In this document: one piece after another, positions 57,198 to 64,000 of the stretch
Position numbering within the stretch: the first letter of the stretch is position 1
Layout of the letters: each line of letters opens with the position of its first letter
Source of the DNA: Eledone cirrhosa
Taxonomy: Eukaryota
Direction of reading: 5' to 3'
Assembly: GCA_964016885.1 (NCBI GenBank)
Contig: OZ024740.1
Coordinates: 190,712,001 to 190,776,000, forward strand
DNA length: 64,000 nt
The notes under the pieces: generated by a model
The model's input: the letters and a program-made list of their open reading frames with translations, nothing else
Told to the model about the DNA's origin: nothing
Database searches by the model: none
Program-made: the position numbers and the translations under genes

Positions 57198-57386
57198 AAC
57201 GAAGGAAATGTGGTAAGGAACCAGGTGGACCATAACGCACCAAAGTACTCAATACTTAGGGTAGTAGAGTGGGTAATAGGAACAAGTAAGACCCCGACGT
57301 CTGAGCTCAAGCCGTTTCGACGGCTAATTGAGTACAGAATTAGCCGTCGAGATGGCTTGAGCTCAGCCGTCGGGGTCTTACTTGTT

Positions 57387-57388
<2 letters not shown>
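57198..57388 (-). mobile_element. Short fold-back remnant of the 19591-21513 Penelope-like family
   Basis: Same left terminus (AACGAAGGAAATGTGG) and same right terminus (..GTTCCTA) as 19591-21513. Confidence 0.82.
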
Positions 57389-57449
<61 letters not shown>

Positions 57450-57482
57450 ATATATATATATATAGATAGGTAGATATATAAA

Positions 57483-58252
57483 CTAGCAGAGGTATCCGGC
57501 GATGTTCGGTTATTAAATAGCTGTCATGTACAGCATTCATGTCAATACTACAGTGTTTTTCCCGTAGGAGTTTCATGGCCCCAGAGGCCCCGTACTCAAT
57601 ATGTTCCAATTCTGAATTTTCAAATACATAAGTAGAAGATACGTAGCACATGTGTCAAGTTTCGTGAAAATGGTTGCGAACTCCAGAAGTCATTACGTTT
57701 TGTTGCATGAAATTGCAGTCCGTCAGTCGACTCCAAGGAATCGGTTAAAGGTCGTTATCTTCCCCGGGGATATCTGGAAAAGCTAAAGTGCCCATGATCA
57801 TCCCGAGTACATAAGTAACCTATGAATTAAATACAACGCTACTCGTAATTCTCTAACTCTCTTGCAGTATCTTTACGTTCAGCAACTTGCAATGGTCTAA
57901 TATCAGCCTCCATTGACGATTCATTTGCTGTTCTTATTTTCCCTCTCTCAGCTTTTGTCGTTTTTCGACCAGTGGCTGATTTCTTACTTGGAGGCATTAT
58001 CTAAGGAAAGTGGACGTTACACTCTAAGATGAGTAAAATGTTAACCAGCAATTATTTAAGTTTCGCACATGTAACGGTGATCCAGTGACACCCTTCGTCA
58101 ACCTAGACGAAAACTTGAAGATTTCATGAGGCCAGAACGCTTCTGGGAAGATAACGCATGTTTTTCCAAATTTGAAGAAAATCGGTTGCAAACTGTAGAC
58201 GATGTGTGGGTATGGACATACACAAACAGACATCCTGAGTTTTATATATATA
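57483..58252 (-). mobile_element. Non-autonomous Helitron (internal deletion derivative)
   Basis: 3' hairpin CCGAACATCGCCGG..CTAG-T; 5' TATATAAAACTCAGGATGTCTGTTTGTGTATG; retains MPPSKKSATGRK (~57998), resembling the RepHel start MPPKKRSRLGR. Confidence 0.7.
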
Positions 58253-58258
58253 TATATC

Positions 58259-59031
<773 letters not shown>

Positions 59032-59378
59032 GAGAGAGAGGCAGAGATCCGTGTTTGTGTGTGTGTGCAGACATTGTAACTTCCAAGGACACACACAACA
59101 CATAATCGCCCACACAATCACGGAACGGCTGTTTTAACACTTCACTGTTCTCAAGTGTTTTTTAAGCCTCATATCATGTCTCCATATTTTATCTGATGAG
59201 AACGCAAATATCATCCCATGATGATAATTGTTTTTGAAATGCTCATAATAAAATACATGGAACTCTCTTAACCATCTTTTGATCTTATATTATTTATACT
59301 CCAGTCCTATAATCTGTGGTGTGCTACTTATCCGATATAATTGCATTGCTTTATTGTGCTACAATAAAACTCACCTCC

Positions 59379-59478
<100 letters not shown>

Positions 59479-62214
59479 TTTGATTTTACATACAATTTTG
59501 TAGCTTCAAATGTTAGTTTAATGAGAGCCAAGTGACCTATCATAAATTATATTAATTTCAGTTAATTGAAACTAGTGAGAATATATTTGATTCATTGCAG
59601 CTACCTAATCTGAAATTTCTCTTGACTGGCACTTAATAATTTGGTAATGTGTATATGTATCAATAAATATGTAGGTCACCTTAAGGTGGATGCAAAATTA
59701 GTGCATTGTCTTTAATCTTGACATTAAAACCTAATTTGCATTAAAGAGACAAAAACTTAGTCATTTCAACTCTTGTACCTGATATAGCGTTTATCAATTG
59801 TAGTTTATCATAAATAGTATCCTAACGTAAAACAAAAGAAAAGCAAATTATTTTAAAATAGAGGTTATTCATGTAAACTACTGTATATGCACACATAGTT
59901 TACTATTCCTCTAGTCTCAAGGCAATATTATACTTAGGCGCAAATTTAAATACTTTAATGAAGGGTTAATCAGCATGTAATGCCGTTATGAGTTAATATA
60001 TATCATTAATCTTATTTCCCTTTAGGAAATTATACTCTACCTAACTAATTATTTCCGGATATTTTGAACGAAGAGTACTAACCCGTGGCATCTGTTAAGG
60101 GCATGATACACCTGTATCATTCGTTATCCATACATTTCATACACACATTTATCAAAGTAATATATGATATCATTTAGTTTGTTAAAGGATGTTTAAAAGT
60201 TGATCGTTTAATATTATAGAGCGTCCAAGGAAAACTGATTCACAAGCAATTGTATAATGATGACTTATGTTAATAATTTAAAACATGTATTAAAATTCAA
60301 GGTTCAAACGTCCACTAGAATCGTACTATATTTAGTTGAAAGTAAGTCGTTCTATAGAATGTAAAACTTTTAACGAAATGCGACACGTCAATTTTAACTG
60401 GTGGTAAGGAAAATGACATCATGCCTTATAATATAGATAGATCTCTATACAAAAGAGTAAACACAATAAATAGCGAATATATCCTAGAAAAAGCATATTA
60501 GGCTAAGGTGTGATTCGTAGATTCTTTATTTATCTATTTAAAATATAGTCATTTACTTGTAAACGCAACATCTATTATAATGCACGGCCTTATCCAACAT
60601 GCGACATGCGCTATAGAACATTGTTCAGACTAATGTACTAAAATCAAAGATCATTTGTCCAGGTACTACATTGCAGTCTACAAGAAACATTAACTCAACA
60701 CAATATGCAGCGATAAAATCGCCATATATATTTGACGATATATTCGAATTATTTTCAGTACATAATATTTAAATCGAGTTTAGTTTAAGTTAAACAATAT
60801 AAAAATAGAAATAGTATATATGTATGGATATATATTCAAATTAAATTGCGCCAAGTAACTGATGGCTTTCTTATAGTCAATCAACTACAACCATGCTTAA
60901 AGAATTAGTCAAATTGTTAAATGGATTTGTGTAGTAATGTCACTATATACACAATAAAGGCAACAATATAAAAAGGCAATTCTGAATGTTGGTAATAACA
61001 TTCCCCGATCGTACTTACAATCTATCAAAATCCTTAAGACGAATAAGAAAATTATATAGCAATGTTTATTTGGATATAATATGCTGTACCACACTGTCAA
61101 ATATGAGCTTCAAATAAATATACTTTGAGACATAGCAGCGCAGAGGAAATTGCTCCATGGGTTTCAAGTTGTGTCTTACTAAATATATGTTTCTCGGATA
61201 GCATTTAGTTACAATGGAAATGCGACACACTGACGCCTTGTAATTTCAGGTTCGTTGGGGAAATCATAAAAAAAATGTAACGTAGTGTATCATTTCTCCT
61301 TGGAAAACTGTCAATAGTTATTCATACAAATGTAATAAAAATACCAAATGTATTGGTTAGCAGGCATTCTAACGTGTCTCCTGTTTGTATATTAAAATTA
61401 TTATGACACAAACTATGTTCATTATCCCATTTCAATCCCCCAAATATTTTATGGAAAATCACCGATAATATATTCCATATTGTCTCACAATAGGTCGCTA
61501 TTCATCCTGCCGTTAAAAATTCAAAGATGATACATACTTGATGGTTTCTATTTGCTTAAGAGCTTTCATGAATTCAGGGTTAGTTATTTTTGAATACTTT
61601 GATTCTTTGATTTGTTTTTTACTGATAGTGTGCCGACGAATGTTACGCATCGCTGAATTGTACAGCATAAGTCATGTACGCCATTCAATACGTCACCATT
61701 TTGCTTTTAATATTATTTTAGCTATATTGATATAACATAAAATGGTTGATTCCAGCTTTGAACATTGTGTTTTATTGTATTCTATAGACAGCAATGTAAA
61801 GTTTAACGATCTTCACAAGTGACAGTATGAGTGATATTTGGTGTAATTAGTAACTATTTTTAACCTATTAAATGACACATGATTTCTGTTGTTGACACAT
61901 CTCCATTTCTAAAACATATCTATGATTCGGTGGGACTCAATAGTTACATTTGATAATTTATTTAATAATTAGGTAAATTCAGTTTGCCATAATATATCAA
62001 ACGTGGCACTCAGTTTAAATGAACAGCATGAATTATTCTTTCACATTCTTTCTGTCCCATGCGTCTCCATCTCTCTCGATATTTGTCACAACCTCGTCTA
62101 AACAATCCACTTTTATTTTAAATTATGCAATTATGATGATTGATAGAGATATTCACATATGAATATTACACGAACAAACACATCCACACACACACACACT
62201 CTCATATATATATA

Positions 62215-62314
<100 letters not shown>

Positions 62315-62788
62315 CATTCATCCATATAAGAGAGAGTGAGTAAGGAATAAGGGTAGTGTGAGTGACTGGTATTTTATATTTATTGGTAATGTCATATTTC
62401 TCTTATTATCGGATAGAAGTTTCTTGATAGATATAGCTTTATTTCACCATACATACATCTACGTGTATATATTTTATCATTTTCCTTGTAATGATATCCA
62501 AAATCATTTATGAAGTTGTTATAAATTCCTAATAAATCCCTCTATATTTAAGAGTGGCGCTTCTGTTCATGAATGGACATTATAACTGTACGTATATGTA
62601 ATGTGCTATTTCTCTTTTACTGCTGAAGAGATGGCATAGGCCTGCCTCACAGTGAAGGTTGTTTCACCGCTGTTCTCGCTTCTATTTTTCTTACGATTTA
62701 TTGGTGAAAATTACTTTAAAGCAAAATGGCAAAATTGAAACATAAATGACAGATGTTATGTATACATATAAATCTTATATAACTATTG

Positions 62789-62869
<81 letters not shown>

Positions 62870-63579
62870 CATATATGTATATACAGTATATATATATATG
62901 CATATTTATGTGTGCGTGTGTGTGTATGTGTGTGTATGTGTGTGTGTGTATGTGTGTGTGCATGCGATATGATGGACAGAATTATGAAAACAGAGAGGTG
63001 GAGCTAACGTGCATAATAACGTAACAAATGATCAGGGTGTCAGAGAGAATTGTTTGCATTACTTTGCCCGGCTATATGTGCTCCGTGTTCACATTAAATA
63101 TACATTAATAAGTAACTACTTGTATATCATAAATATCCGTGTTTCATTCTATTTAAATGGATCTGCCTAAAGTGATTTCAACGTAAACGGAAATTATTAC
63201 TTTCAAACCACTGATGTAAAGAACAAACCAAGGGAAACTTGCATACAATCTAACTTTGAGAAACAAAGTTAAAAAGACCCTCACACGCCATTAATAAACA
63301 TATTCTTGTTGGTATGTATTACGTCTTAATATGGTTTCATATCAAGTAGCTTATATGGGATATGTTATAAAGACAACTTTGGTTGTCATGGCAGTATAAT
63401 TTAAATTGCCCCTTATGTAGTTCAAGGATGGCAATTTCGGTTGGAAATGTTTATAGATGTAAATATGTGTTATTTTACGTAATGCAAATAGCCTAGTCAT
63501 CGATACATATATACATACATAATGGCTGAAAATTTCTGCTAAGAGTATTGCAATGGCTTGTCAGATTACAAAAACTTGT

Positions 63580-63900
63580 GTACTTTTAGGCTACGTCCAG
63601 GCACACGAGCCTGCAATATAACCTGAGCAAGCAATACCTTTGGATTGAAGCTATTTTAAAGTGGGGAAAGGCCTTGTACACCACCAATCCCACTCTGTCA
63701 TCATCAAAATCACTACCCGAAAAGTAGAACGGGGCAACATTATCGGATGCTTCCGTATTCGCCTTATTTTTGAGAATTTCCCTCTCTTAGAAAGGTGTTG
63801 TGACAACAACTGAGGGCCTTTTTCTCCCCACCCCAAAGTACTATTTGGTTGGCCGTTGACTCTGCTGAGTTCCTCCGCCCTTTGCCGGTTCTTGTATTTC
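63580..63900 (-). mobile_element. Possible degraded LTR-retrotransposon integrase remnant
   Basis: GPQLLSQ..IR....MLPRS.. followed by PKVLLA..GRS loosely follows the integrase pattern GPQF.S / P.SNG / LP.VL.A. Confidence 0.25.
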
Positions 63901-64000
63901 ATACTGCAGGGTGTCCAAATATCACCCTTCTCACGTGCAAGGTTGTTTGTTTTGCCGGTCTAGTCGCCGACTACCCGACCATAAGACAGGTTGTACTGGA

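Overview
AT-rich, non-genic eukaryotic DNA packed with (TA)n, (CA)n and (GA)n microsatellites. The repeat landscape suggests an invertebrate such as an octopus/cephalopod; this is inference and cannot be verified here. No host protein-coding exon is recognisable, and most ORF-track entries are microsatellite artefacts. Recognisable elements are: a frameshifted Penelope-like element (RT + GIY-YIG, ~17.1-19.0 kb); a second Penelope-like family with a GIY-YIG C-terminal relic and an inverted pseudo-LTR (19.6-21.5 kb); a full-length but decayed 6.3-kb Helitron (48.1-54.4 kb); an internally deleted mariner; RTE-type LINE fragments; about 8 copies of a tRNA-like SINE; and short non-autonomous Helitrons. 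The main unexplained structure is a set of unrelated, non-coding 0.5-0.66 kb units inserted in (TA)n tracts as tandem arrays with an inverted arm. Each unit carries a hammerhead-ribozyme fold that can be base-paired by eye. Some cores are canonical (CUGANGA...GAAA...GUH with a palindromic mini stem III); others are variants (U3-A8 covariation, U4A, NUU triplets, long stem II/III insertions). These look like retrozyme-like parasites of Penelope elements. All structures were paired manually, none is experimentally shown, and coordinates are approximate to a few bases.
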